The notes below the pieces were generated by a model. It worked only from the letters and a program-made list of their open reading frames with translations. It was not told the DNA's origin and made no database searches. A stretch of 64,000 bases of DNA from Octopus vulgaris (Eukaryota). Position numbers and translations under genes: made by a program. Shown here one piece after another: positions 25,520 to 37,996 of the stretch. Within the stretch, counting starts at the first letter, position 1, and each line of letters opens with the position of its first letter. The DNA is taken from contig OX597820.1 in assembly GCA_951406725.2 (NCBI GenBank), positions 104,470,001 through 104,534,000 on the forward strand. The letters are read 5' to 3'.

Positions 25520-25737
25520 GTGTGTTTATGAGCGAAACACCTAAGCTGCACGCGCCTCCGGCAGAAGGTAGCGGCAAACTTCTGCTGACTCTTTCACCAC
25601 AACTTTCACTCTTTCCTCCTGCATCTTGCAGCTCATCTGCGACGGACCGGCGTCCCGTCCAGGTGGGGAGCCTACACGCCTAGGAAACCGGGAAACCGGC
25701 CCTATGAGCCAAGCATGGCTTGAGAAGGAACAAACAT
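25520..25737 (+). mobile_element. SINE family D, 5'-truncated
   Basis: Collinear with the reverse complement of 63513-63730. Confidence 0.87.
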
Positions 25738-25767
25738 AAAGTATATATATATACATATATATAATAT

Positions 25768-25801
<34 letters not shown>

Positions 25802-25946
25802 TCATGTGTGTGTATGTGTGTGTGTGTGTGTGCATACATGAACAAACGCATCAATAAATGCTTATATGCACGAGCTCGTGCGCAGACACTACTACATTTT
25901 ATGCATATGCTGTCTCTTTCTTTCTCTCTCTCTCTCTCTCTTTCCC

Positions 25947-25977
<31 letters not shown>

Positions 25978-27490
25978 GTCTCTGTCTCTGTCTCTGTCTC
26001 TCTCTCTGTCTGTCACACACACACACACACACATACACACATGCACAGACGCACACACGCTTGCATATACATCCCATTTTCCATATTTGTAATCTTTTAC
26101 TTTTATACATATCGACACGTGTATTCGCACACATGCACGCTGACATACACAAAAATATTAAGTAACTCTAACAGACTGCATCCTCATTAATCCATATAAT
26201 GCGCATGTTCAATCAAACAGACGAACACTAATCAACGTAGCAGCCGGTATTCGGTGACTTGACCGGTTATAGATAATAATCAAATTTCTGTCAGATCCAG
26301 ACCATACTATTGTGAAAAAAGCGAAGTATATATTATAATGTGGTACTGGATACCATTAACGGTCGGAATATTTTTAAAAATGCATCTGCTTATACGATTA
26401 TGCAAATAATGTTAAGTCAAAACGTAGATATCTAATAAAAAGTAAATATATTTTCAGATGTTCATACAAATGCATACATTCACCCATATATTTCTAGGAG
26501 TACAATGACATATAATTATATTCATTCAGATATAACGATTTTAGTCTGTGCAGACGCACACCTACGCCCACATAATCAATACAGTGGCTCACACGAAAAC
26601 GAATCAATATGATTTCCTCCGTACAACAAGTTCAGACACATCCCTTGCATTGTTTTTAATTTTCTTTGTTTTCTTTTCGTAATTTCAGTATAAGTACTGT
26701 ACTGCTGAAGCATACTGTATCAGTAATTCACAAAATGCTGACTTTATTTGCATGTCAGCACCAACTCCATTTGTATTTCATTACGCTGCCAGTAATTTAG
26801 TGCGAAATTTGAAAGTCGTTAAAAAGAATATTAAAGTCACTGAAATTTGAACCAATTAAAAAGCAAAATGAACAAAAGCTATATTTCCTCCACTGGTCGT
26901 TTATTATTTCATTTAGTTCATTTATCCATTTGACTAGTTTAATTCTCATAAAGGTAAAAATAATACAGAGTAGATTCGATAAAATATGGTTGACATACAT
27001 CGTGTCAACAGTCATAAAATTTGAATAAAATCTTCTTATAACTGCTATATTAAACTTCAAAATGATATTTTATATATTTCAGTTAATATTTTGTATCGTA
27101 CGAGGCGAATGAATATATTTATCCCTTGTTCATTGCCTAAAAGATTGCTTGAATTGCATGTTTTCTCTGAAATGGAGATTTTCAAAAGTCTTTCATTTCT
27201 GATATCAAACACGCCAGATTCAATTACATGAACAACGCAGCTTCCTATTGCTATTATTTCTTTAAAAACTTGTGGATGTTGTCGGTCTAATGCTATAACT
27301 TGAATTCGATTTGATGAGAACAAAACCTATAACTAAGCGTGTGTTTGAATAAAATGTAACGGTAATTACGTCATACGAATCCAAAGTTTACTTATGCCTC
27401 TACATAATGTCTATGTAAATGCATACACAGCTATAGCATTTGTTTTGTGTGCAAGAGTGTTTGTGTATATATATGTGTGTGTAGAAGCTG

Positions 27491-27557
<67 letters not shown>

Positions 27558-27594
27558 TTATATACATACATACACACACGCACATATAAATATA

Positions 27595-27673
<79 letters not shown>

Positions 27674-27736
27674 TATATATATATGTGTGTGTGTGTATGT
27701 ATATATATTTATGTATGTGTTATATATTTATATATA

Positions 27737-28450
27737 CTAGCATATGGGATCATATGATTCTTCGTTAATTTCCGTAAAACTACTTTATATCTTTATGCTT
27801 TGTAGAGAGCAGGAATGAAAAGAGAGAAGAAAGTGAAAAGGTGACATTTGTTTTGAAGTGAGAGCAGAAAGTGAAAGTGAAAGATGTATGTACGTGTATA
27901 TAAAATGGACGTGTGTGCGTGTGCGTGAGAAAGAGAGAGAGAGAGATAGGGAGAGTGAGTGAGTAAAGGTGTGTGTTGTCATGTATATATTTTTTTTTGT
28001 ATGTATGTGCAAGTGGCACTCACTCTCCCCCTCTCTCTCTCTCTCTCACGCACACACCTCTTTCATATACACGTACATGAATACATATGCATACATCTCT
28101 TTTGTATGTATGTGTGCGTGTGCATGTGTGTATGTGTGAAAGAGAGAGAGAGAGAAAGAAGGGGAGAGTGACTGTATTTCCTCATAACATTGCGAAATGG
28201 ATGTCTTTTTAATGGATTTTTTGGGTCGTGGCTTATTTTAATACAATATTTATGTTTACATTTTCATAAATATTTGTCTGAGTAGAATTCTACGCATGCG
28301 TTAAACATCAGGCGAAAGTAAAACATTAGGAGCAAATCGAAATATTGCCCGAAAATGACCTCAAAATTGTGCGACCGCGGTTATTTTAATAGTAAAAACG
28401 AGTTATTGTACCAAAAACATTGTTTATTTGGTAACCTTTATATATAGAGA
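27737..28450 (-). mobile_element. Probable non-autonomous Helitron
   Basis: Minus-strand 5' end A|TCTCTATATATAAAGG matches the other two Helitron starts. The candidate 3' end ...catatgatcccatatgCTAG|T at 27737 is less certain. Confidence 0.55.
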
Positions 28451-29237
28451 TAGATGATAAGCAGCTTTTTTTTTTTTTATTATAGTACAGATGTGACTAA
28501 TTCGGAGAAACATTACTTTCATTATTGACACATCGTCACTGTCGTCATGCAACACGTTGTAATTTTAGCTCAAATTGGAAGTGTGAAACTATTTTCACTT
28601 TCTAATGAAATCTGGTCGTAGTAGAACAGTGTATTTCAAATAACTATATCTGGTTGTTGAGATAACATAGAAAATATGCAAATAAAAATAAAGTTTATTT
28701 GGTAGACGAAAGATTACTGAATCTCTTGATACCCCATACGTCAAAATCGGCATCTCAGTTTTTAAATGCATAAAGAACATACGCACGCGGGCGAGCACAC
28801 ACATACAAACTGTCTTGTATATATATAGATAATACACACATACATACAAACAAATATATTGATGTGTATGTGTGTTTGTACACATGTACATTTGCATGCG
28901 TACGACTTAGTATATTTTTATGTTTGCATGTTTGTTTGCAGCATGCATGCATGTATATGTAATATTCATGCTGTAATCAGGGCACGTGGTTTCTGTCCAC
29001 GTGTTTGAGAAACCCAGTAATGAAGGTCACACACACCCTATGATAACCATTAAAATTAGATCCCTTTGTCAAGGTGATTGCTATCTAATTCATTGAACTT
29101 GATGTCTAAATATCCAGAGGAAGTCAATGAAAATCGCCTCCTGAGGGTTATATTATGCTTATATATGCATGAATATATGTATATAAATGCATGTGTATAC
29201 CGATGTATATATATGTATAAGTGTGTGTATGCATGCA

Positions 29238-29280
<43 letters not shown>

Positions 29281-29827
29281 GCATAAACATACACACACCA
29301 CATACACATAGATGCACACACACACACACACAAGATGGTAGCTATGGATTTATATGTAAGCCAATCTATTTATGTCCAGTAATGCATAATGTATATTAAT
29401 CCTTGAATGTTTGCAAACATGCATGCGTGTGTGTGTGTGTGCGCGCGCGTGGGTGCGTGTGTAGCCGTGAATTAAAAACCGACTGCCTTAAGCACAACAA
29501 CCCAACAATGTTGCCCCGTCCACCCCTCGGCCTTCGAACCCCTCACTGCCCAACTAACAAAACATTACGACATATCAAGTGTTGACAGTGAAATAATAAA
29601 AATTCAGTTTTCTTCAACATGATCCCTCCAGGCCAAATCCCACCCGAAGCTGTATTAAATATAACCAGCATTTTGTGTTTTAATTATATAACAGTAAGTA
29701 ACTGTAAGCGATACAAGCAAATTATGTACCTGTAACTAGGGCAGAAACAAATGCAAATTGAAAGAAAAAAAATGCCAATTAACAATACCTGTTTGTATTA
29801 TATAAAATAAATGAAAAAAGAAAAGAA

Positions 29828-29992
29828 ACGTCCGTCTTTATATCCTGAGTTCAAATTTCGCCGAGGTCGACTTTGCCTTTCATGCTTTCGGGCTCGATTA
29901 ATTAAGTACCAGTGAAACACTGGTGTCGATGTAATCGACTAGACCCCCACCCCCAATGTTTCAGGCTTGGTGCCTATAGTAGAAAGGATTAT
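29828..29992 (+). mobile_element. SINE family B, tail type 2, 5'-truncated
   Basis: Core plus tttcaggcttggtgcctatagtagaaaggatt. Confidence 0.87.
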
Positions 29993-30007
29993 TTTTTTAT
30001 AAAAAAG

Positions 30008-30171
30008 CGTCTGTCTTTACGTTGTGAGTTCAAATTTTGCTGAGGTAGACTTCGCCTTTTATCCTTTCGCTGTCGATAAATTAAGTCCCAGTCAAGTACA
30101 GAGGTTGATGTAATCGACTTTTCCCCTTCCCCAAAATTTCAGGCCTTGTGCCTATAGTAGAAAGGGTTATT
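30008..30171 (+). mobile_element. SINE family B, tail type 2, 5'-truncated (tandem with the previous copy)
   Basis: Core plus aaatttcaggccttgtgcctatagtagaaagggttatt. Confidence 0.87.
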
Positions 30172-30363
30172 TAAAAGAAAGCCAGTTATAATTTATTTCC
30201 TCCGTGGTAAATCCACCATTGGAAAAAGCTTTTGTTCTGTTCCCTTCCTTTGATGCTCAAAGTAACGGTTAATCTCATTTAATCCTTAATTCGACCTTCA
30301 TGCATGCATGTATATTTATTGAAAGTGGAACGCGTCATGTCGACTCTGTCTCTCTCGATACAT

Positions 30364-30591
30364 GGCGAGCTGGCAGAGACGTTAGCTCGCCGGGCGAAAT
30401 ACGTAGCCGTATTTCGTCTGCCGTTACGTTCTGAGTTCAAATTCCGCCGGGGTCGACTTTGCCTTTCATCCTTTCGGGGTCGATTAAATAAGTACCAGTT
30501 ACGCACTGGGGTCGATATAATCGACTTTATCCGTTTGTCTGTCCTTGTTTGTCCTCTCTGTGTTTAGCCCCTTGTGGGTAGTAAAGAAATA
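30364..30591 (+). mobile_element. SINE family B, tail type 1, full length
   Basis: Near-consensus copy with CpGs intact. Confidence 0.93.
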
Positions 30592-30611
30592 GATACATAC
30601 ATACGCGCACG

Positions 30612-30654
<43 letters not shown>

Positions 30655-30711
30655 CCATTTCCATAAGTCAGAAAGACAGGTATGCGTATAATTGCCAGTA
30701 GAGTATGTTAC

Positions 30712-30941
30712 TCAAAGTATGCAGTATTATAGATCCATTATAGCCTGATCTTACTAATCGGTTTCGTGTAAGATATTAGGTAATCTAATAACAGTGTTCG
30801 TCATAGAGAATTCTACTCTCTAGTCAATGCAGGCTGACTCTGACGGGTGCAGTTATTAGATAATTGGTTAATTCCTAATATCTTGCACAAAAATAATTGG
30901 TAAGATCGGTTCTAATGAGCCCATAATACTGTATACTTTGA
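30712..30941. mobile_element. Imperfect ~230-bp foldback (MITE-like)
   Basis: Left arm tcaaagtatgcagtattat...gatcttactaat...gtgtaagatattagg...atctaataac is mirrored by gttattagat...cctaatatcttgcac...attggtaagatc...ataatactgtatactttga. Confidence 0.75.
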
Positions 30942-31103
30942 TTCTTTTGTTCTCTTTATTCACTCTTGTTCTTGAAAAATCAACTAATATTGTGGTTTAT
31001 GATGTATTCGTTTTTATATTTTGTTTTAACTGATATAATGAAATTATAATAACGTGAGATATATATTCTATGGAATAAAGCTCAGTTTAGTAAATCGTTT
31101 GTT

Positions 31104-31235
31104 CATATATCTGAAGAATTGCCACTTGCTAGTATTGCTGGAATAATACAGATACGATGTATTATCACATCTATTATACAATATTTCAACAATGATCTTC
31201 TGGTAAAATGGTGATGAAACAATTGTAGTATTATG
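31104..31235 (+). ncRNA. Type I hammerhead ribozyme motif with extended stem II
   Basis: CATATAT-CTGAAGA-ATTGCCA...TGGTGAT-GAAA-C(AATT)G-TA^GTATTATG. The core is intact and loop III is palindromic. Confidence 0.6.
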
Positions 31236-31519
31236 CAATAATGTTGCAATAAATTCCTAATATTATATTTATACAGATATTGACAGATTTCCAGATGTGT
31301 CCTCAGTAAGACGATTGATATTCCCTATAAACTCGCGTATTATAGCCGATACTCGTTGGCGAGCTTTCTAAAGCTAACTACAAGGTTATTAACCGAACTG
31401 AATATATACATATATATGCATGTTTAGTCAATTTAAATTAAAAAACGATTCAAATACACGAATAAAAAAATGAAAGAAGTAAAATAACGAATATATATGT
31501 ATACACACACACACACACT

Positions 31520-31556
<37 letters not shown>

Positions 31557-31579
31557 TTATATATATATATACACACACA

Positions 31580-31748
31580 GGTGGCGACCCCTGTTGTACT
31601 CTTTCGCCCCGACTTTCTCTCACTCTTTCTTCTTGTTTCTTGAGTAACGCTGCGATGGACTGGCGTCCCGTCCAGCTGGGGGGAACACATACGCCACAGA
31701 AACCGGGAAACAGGGCCCATGAGCCTGGCTAGGCTTGAAGGGCGCATA
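31580..31748 (+). mobile_element. SINE family C/D 3' half
   Basis: gctgcgatggactggcgtcccgtccagctgg...gaaaccgggaaac...catgagcctggctagg. Confidence 0.8.
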
Positions 31749-32154
31749 AATATATACATATATATATGTATGTGTCTTTGTGTCTACGTTTGTCTCTTCC
31801 TCAACCATCGCTTGGCAACCGATGATCGTGTGCAAAAGACACATATAGATAGATAGATAGATTGATAGATAAATAAACAGCAAGGTTCATACAGGGGAGG
31901 TCTCAGTACACTTGATTGTAGTGTAAAAAATCATTATCTATTTATAGATAATTCAATTGTAGTTTGTTTGTTTCGAAAGCAGTAGGCCAAGGACTGTCAA
32001 TAACTCAATCAGGGACGCTGATGGAGAATCGATTGGCCTTGACCTACCCGTTTTGATAGTGTTGCGTAATTGTGAGGTGTTACTTATTTATACCTAAGTA
32101 CATATAGACTCATATATGTATACACACACACACACACATATATATATATGTATA

Positions 32155-32370
32155 CTCTTTTACTCTTTTACTCTTTTACTTGTTTCAGTCATTTGACTGT
32201 GGCCATGCTGGAGCAACGCCTTTAGTCGAGCACATCGACCCCAGGACTTATTCTTTGTAAGCCTAGTACTTATTCTATCGGTCTTTTTGCCGAACCGCTA
32301 AGTAACGGGGACGTAAACACACCAGCATCGGTTATCAAGCGATGTTGGGGGGACAAACACAAACTCATAA

Positions 32371-32407
<37 letters not shown>

Positions 32408-32578
32408 CATATATACGACGGGCTTCTTTCAGTTTCCGTCGACCAAATCCACTCACAAGGTTTTGGTCAGCCCGAGGCTATAGTAGAAGACACTTGCCCA
32501 AGGTGCCCCGCAGTGGGACTGAACCCGGAACCATGTCGTTGGTAAGCAAGCTACTTACCACATAACCACTCTTGCGCG
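32155..32578 (-). mobile_element. SINE family A, full length
   Basis: (tactctt)n tail, internal (CA)n(TA)n, and head. Confidence 0.93.
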
Positions 32579-32579
32579 A

Positions 32580-32633
<54 letters not shown>

Positions 32634-32689
32634 TGCAAATATTATTATTCCTAAAGGAGACTACGGCAGCGGTACCGGAGTACTGGATA

Positions 32690-33901
32690 TTAGTGATCCC
32701 ATAAATAATGCAGTTTTTTATACTTCTTTTATTTTTCAAACAAAGTTCTTTTTCATCTAAAATATACTCTCCTTCATTTTCTACAATGTTCTTACATCTA
32801 TCTGGTATACTAACAAGGCCCCTCTTCCAAAATTCTCTTGTCCGTGACGAAAAATACCCCTCCTGTACTGCTCTGACATCGTCTACAGAATTCATATTTT
32901 TTCCGTCCAAATGATCTTGAAGACTGTGGAATAAATGATAATCAGATGGCGCAATGCCCGGCGAATATGGTGGGTGGGACATCGTTTCCCATTCAAGCTG
33001 CTTCAACCTTTGGAATGTCATCCTCGCTATATATGGCCGAGCATTATCCTGATGGAAGAACACCTTTCGTCCTGAAACCAGGAACGGTCGTTTTTCTTCT
33101 AGCTCTGACATAGGTCGCTCAAGCTGCTTACAGTGGAATAAATCTTTCATATCCCACCAAACAGATAACACCTTACGTGAGTAAAGACCTTCTTTAGCCT
33201 GGGGTACCAGTGTTTCTCCTTTCCCTACAAACTATCTTTGGTGCTTGACATTTTTATAGAGAACCCATTTCTCGCCACCAGTCACTATTCAGTCCAAAAA
33301 ATATTCATTCGTGGGATATGGCAGCAGAGAAGAGCACATATTCATTCTCTGCGCGCGATTAGACTAGGAAAGTGTGTGAGGAACCCACTGACACAATTTT
33401 CTGACTTTTCCGATGGCACGCAGGTGTCGATGAATAGTTGAATGACCAAATCCAAGCTTCTCTGTTGGTTCCTCAACAGTTACGATGGGATTTTGTTTTA
33501 TCAGGGTTTCCAGCATGTCCTCGTCGAGCTCTACAGATCTTTCAGAAAGAGGCTCGTCTTCTAGGCTCGGAATTTCTAGAGCCACCGTTGACACTGGCTT
33601 ACGCTTATTGTCCGATCCCCATATACTACATTAATATTCCTCGCACTTACCGTTGCGTTGTTGCCTTTATTGAACTCATAAAGCCAAAATATGCTGAATG
33701 TATTCCTTTGTCACTTCCATTATAGCTTTAAAAAAATAACTGTTAAAATCGAACTGCACTCTTCAAAAACTTGCACTAAGAATAAGTACAAGATACAATT
33801 ACTACCTGCTTTTATAGCAAGTTGAAAGAAGTAGTTTTTCCCGTCCTCCGACTTTAAGTTCATGCAATTGAAAATACCGCATTATTTATGGGATGACCCA
33901 A
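32690..33901 (-). mobile_element. Mariner (DD34D-type) DNA transposon, full length, decayed
   Basis: Imperfect TIRs (ttagtgatcccataaataatgc / gcattatttatgggatgacccaa), TA TSD on both sides, about 1.2 kb. Confidence 0.93.
32750..33720 (-). pseudogene. Mariner transposase pseudogene
   Basis: Starts MEVTKE at 33720. Motifs WVPHTL, MLSVWWD, HQDNARP and HPPYSPGIAPSDYHLF are split across frames by stops and frameshifts. Confidence 0.93.
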
Positions 33902-33936
33902 TATATGTATGTATACGTGTATGTGTATATATATGG

Positions 33937-33998
<62 letters not shown>

Positions 33999-34015
33999 AT
34001 CTATATCTGTTGTGC

Positions 34016-34071
<56 letters not shown>

Positions 34072-34126
34072 CTACTTATATGAGGCATACTCACATACTG
34101 ACAGACACGCACACTCACACACACAT

Positions 34127-34356
34127 ATTTCTTTACTACCCACAAGGAGCTAAACACCGAAGAGACAAATAAGGACAGACAAACGGATTAAGTCGATTAT
34201 ATCGACCCCAGTGCGTAACTGGTACTCAATTTATCGACCCCGAAAGGATGAAAGGCAAAGTCGACCATGGCGGAATTTGAACTCAGGGCGTAACGGCAGA
34301 TGAAATGCTGCAAAGTATTTCGCCCAGCGTGCTAACGATTCTGCCAGCTCGCCGCC
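34127..34356 (-). mobile_element. SINE family B, tail type 1, full length
   Basis: Head, core and tail all present. Confidence 0.92.
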
Positions 34357-34555
34357 TTTTGTACACACACATACAAACCTGTATGTAAGTGTGTAAGTTT
34401 ACATGTAAGTTCTCCATGTAGAAACGCCTTTTGATCCGATATCGGAGTTTCTAGTTGGTCGCTCGATCTGCGAGCTATCGCAGCCAAATCTCTCTTAATT
34501 CATATCCTACCGTTTTAAATACGGAAGGTACATACTGGATAATCACGTAATCGTG

Positions 34556-34586
34556 GTCATCATCGTCATCATCATCATCGTCATCG

Positions 34587-34651
<65 letters not shown>

Positions 34652-34712
34652 TTCACCCTCATCATCATCATCAGCAGCATCACCATCATCATCATGGTCG
34701 TCGTTATCATCT
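34556..34712. repeat. (CAT)n microsatellite
   Basis: Seen directly in the sequence. Confidence 0.95.
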
Positions 34713-35054
34713 TCCTAATTATTCTGGGTCCTTTGTTCGCGAGTCTAAACCACAAATACGCCCCCTCCACTAGCACCCAGTGCGTCTAAGGTCACATATT
34801 TTATATCTGTTAAATACTCACAACATAGTCCAGTGATAAGAGCGGCCTCTAACACATAAGAGCCTAAGAACCTAATAAAGCAAGGCCACTTAATTGATAC
34901 TATGTCAATTACCTTGTGAAACAGCGACCTATATAGAGGCAAATTCGTTTAAAGTGTTTGTATTACTGTTTGCCGACAGGCATCGTCGCTACTTTCCTTG
35001 GATTCAGTAGTTTTATTATGTAAGTAAAAATTGTCCATCATATAGAGATACACA

Positions 35055-35510
35055 AGCATCGGTTGTCAAGCGATGGCGGAGGGACAAACTCAGACATACA
35101 TACACATAAATATATATACATACATTTATATATACGTCGGGCTTCTTTCAGTTTTCGTCTGCCCAATCTTAGCCCGAGGCTATATTAGAAGACACTAAGG
35201 CGGCGAGCTGGCAGAACCGTTAGCACGCTGGGCGAAATGCTTAGCGGTATTTCGGCTGTCGTTACGTTCTTAGTTCAAATTCCGCCGAGGTCGACTTTGC
35301 CTTTCATCCTCTCGGGGTCGATAAATAAAGTACCAGTTTCGCACTGGGTCGATGTAATCGACTTAATCCCTTTGTCTGTCCTTGTTTGTCCCCTCTGTGT
35401 TTAGCCCCTTGTGGGTAGTAAAGAAATATATATTAGAAGACATTTGCCCAAGGTACCACGCAGTGGAACTGAACCCGGCACCATGTGGTTGGGAAGCAAG
35501 CTTATTACAA
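35055..35510 (-). mobile_element. SINE family A interrupted by a family B insertion
   Basis: Family A sequence resumes after 35428, across the duplicated tatattagaagaca. Confidence 0.85.
35199..35428 (+). mobile_element. SINE family B, tail type 1, full length, with 14-bp TSD
   Basis: tatattagaagaca occurs at 35181-35194 and 35429-35442. Confidence 0.93.
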
Positions 35511-35528
35511 CAAGGAAGCTTTCTACAT

Positions 35529-35782
35529 CAGTGGTTCTCAGCCGGAGTCCTTATGACCATTGGGTATGCATAAAAGATTTTATTTTTAAAAGTTATGTGC
35601 ACTAGAATAGCTTATATTTCGTCAATACACAAAACATTTCAACAACTTTTTATACAATTCCTAAAAATATCCAATTATAAAAATATAACAGGATTTTTCA
35701 AACATCGACTGGTTACGAGCTCCCTCCCGAGTTAAACAGGAATGAAAGGATTATATAGGTAAGAAGGAGTTGAGAACAACTG
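35529..35782. mobile_element. hAT-type MITE
   Basis: TIR CAGTGGTTCTCA / TGAGAACAACTG; 8-bp TSD ttctacat / ttctacaa. Confidence 0.85.
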
Positions 35783-36199
35783 TTCTACAATACATAATCG
35801 TTCAAATTGTTAGAAATAAAAGTTAAGTCCCCCCTCAGATTACAGCTTAAGATCTATAAATGGCAAGGACATATTGAATAATTTAGTTCTTTTTATAGAT
35901 AAAAGCTGATCACAGTGAGAACATCTTTGATCGTTTGTCTGTTCCATAGTGGTTGGTCGATCACCTGAGAATACACAACGACTGCCGCAGGGTCTAGTGA
36001 AACCAAGTTATTTAGGTTATTTTTGTCATCAAAAGTAGCAATTCTCAAACTCACAATTACCAAAACCTTCTATTTTGCTCCTCTGCCTTCTTTATTAATG
36101 AGAAAACAATATAGTGTTTACAGCCGTAAACTTTTTACCAGATTTCTCAGTATTAATGCTTTAAGAAAAAAATATATATATAATTCGACCCTCTTTCTT

Positions 36200-36480
36200 C
36201 CTTCCCATTCTTTGATAATTTTATGGATGCAAAAGATGTTGTATCCAAATAATTCTTCGTTCTTTGTCATGGCGTTGGACAAATTAAAAAAATTCAGATG
36301 TCATTTCAATTATATTAAACTTAGCAGTTTGTCCTTCGTCTTCTCGATCCTCGCAGCCATCCCTGTCCCATAAGAAACACCGATCTAAAGACACTAGAAT
36401 CTGTGGATGAGACCTGATGAAACATGCAAATGTTATCTTCTCATTCAATCCAAAGAACACAAACATCATCCAAAACTTTT
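36200..36480 (-). mobile_element. Possible highly decayed Gypsy-type RT fragment
   Basis: VFFGLN..ITF..QILVSLDRCF and a downstream ELFGYNI loosely echo MPFGL.NA..TF and FLG..I. No intact YxDD. Confidence 0.3.
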
Positions 36481-37454
36481 TTTTTATTCAGAAGCCGTCA
36501 GATGCTTCCAGGAACCACTGTAGTAAACAATATAAGTTTTATATTTGACAATTTCTCATAAGGACTTATTTAGAGATTTTACTGAAGTTTCTTCCAGGGA
36601 CAAATCATCATGAGCCGTTGTCAAGCATATACAAGAACATAAACGTATATATATGCACAAAAGTGCGTTAATATACAGTTTTGTGGCATACGCGCATACT
36701 GACAGACACACACCAGTGTAGTAGTCACTCTTAATGTCTCATGCACATACACAGTCTCTCATACACGTACCTGCACACGCATTCACAGTTGCGTACAGGC
36801 GTACATTTACACAGATGGACATTCAAAACCAAAATTATCAAATTTCAAACGACCAACTGATTGTGTTGCCCTCCACAGATATTTACGACAGTAAACAACC
36901 ACGAAATAAAATTTCTTCCCATTGGTCTTACACGTATAACTACGTCGATCAATAAACAGGCTACTCATAGAGTTATATGACTATGAAACTTCAGAGAGTT
37001 CTGTTTTTGAAAAAAAAAACCTCAATCAAGATTCATATCCTTGAGAGGTCGCACGTGCTCAGCAAGAAGCGCAGCCTCATCTCTCTATCGTTTCCAATCA
37101 TGAGCCAACCTCATTTTCCCTTCTGTCTTTCTCGCTTCCGAGTCTTTGATGTAACTCAAGCACCAACCCCTTATAGTCTTTTTATACTTCTTTGTACCCG
37201 TATTTTTTAATAAAACCATCTCTATATTCTGTAAGTTAACAAATGACAGCCGATTGGTCAGAACCACTACAATATCGAACGAAACATCATGAGGCATTTA
37301 GTTATGGACTTTATGTTTTAAGTTAAGATCCCGCTTGAGATCAACTTTACCATTCATCATTTTGGATTCGATAAAACAAACTACTCGCTCCCCCACAAAC
37401 GTTTGTAACTTTATGCCAATATTAGATATCAATATTATAATTTAACAAGTTGAG

Positions 37455-37631
37455 GGAGTGTGTGAGTCGATTACATCAATCCCGGTACTTGACTGTTACT
37501 TTATTTTATTGACACCGAAAGTATGAAAAGGAAATTTGAGCTCGTCGAGATTTAAACTCAAAACATGAAGAATCAGAAGAAATGTTGCTAGGCAATTTGC
37601 CCGACGTGCTAATGATTTTGCCAGTTTGCCA
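37455..37631 (-). mobile_element. SINE family B, diverged
   Basis: agtcgattacatc...ggtactt...ccgaaagtatgaaaagg...cgtgctaatgattttgccag. Confidence 0.75.
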
Positions 37632-37996
37632 CATTAAAATAACCAATAACAAATACAGTTCTAACTATATTTGTACTTTTTTTCTATATATAAATCAGGG
37701 AAGACAGATATGGCTAATTTGTCTTAAGGTAGGTGCTTACAGGTATCACCGCACAACAGCCCATGACGGTCGTGGTCCCATGAATAATATAGTGTCGTTA
37801 TATTTCATTTGAAATGATACCCACTTCTTCAGTGAAGTTCCCTGACCCATAAGAATCTGAATATCACTCTCAGTATAACTTATGACCTAAGCAGGTTCTT
37901 CCATATTTGTGAGACTGATGTAGCCGATGCCCAGCTTGAACATTTGCAAATAAATGTCTGCAGGAAAATAATAATACTAATAACCGAGCAGTGGCT

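Noticed and set aside
26797-27323. Two adjacent minus-strand ORFs (87 and 88 aa)
   Set aside because: AT-rich, non-ATG starts, no recognisable domain or exon signals; compatible with chance.
31275-31312. Minus-strand CTGAGGA-CA(CATC)TG-GAAA-TCTG-TC motif
   Set aside because: No stem I complementarity and only 2-bp stems; probably chance.
34543-34789. Poly-Met / poly-Ile ORFs
   Set aside because: Translation of the (CAT)n microsatellite.
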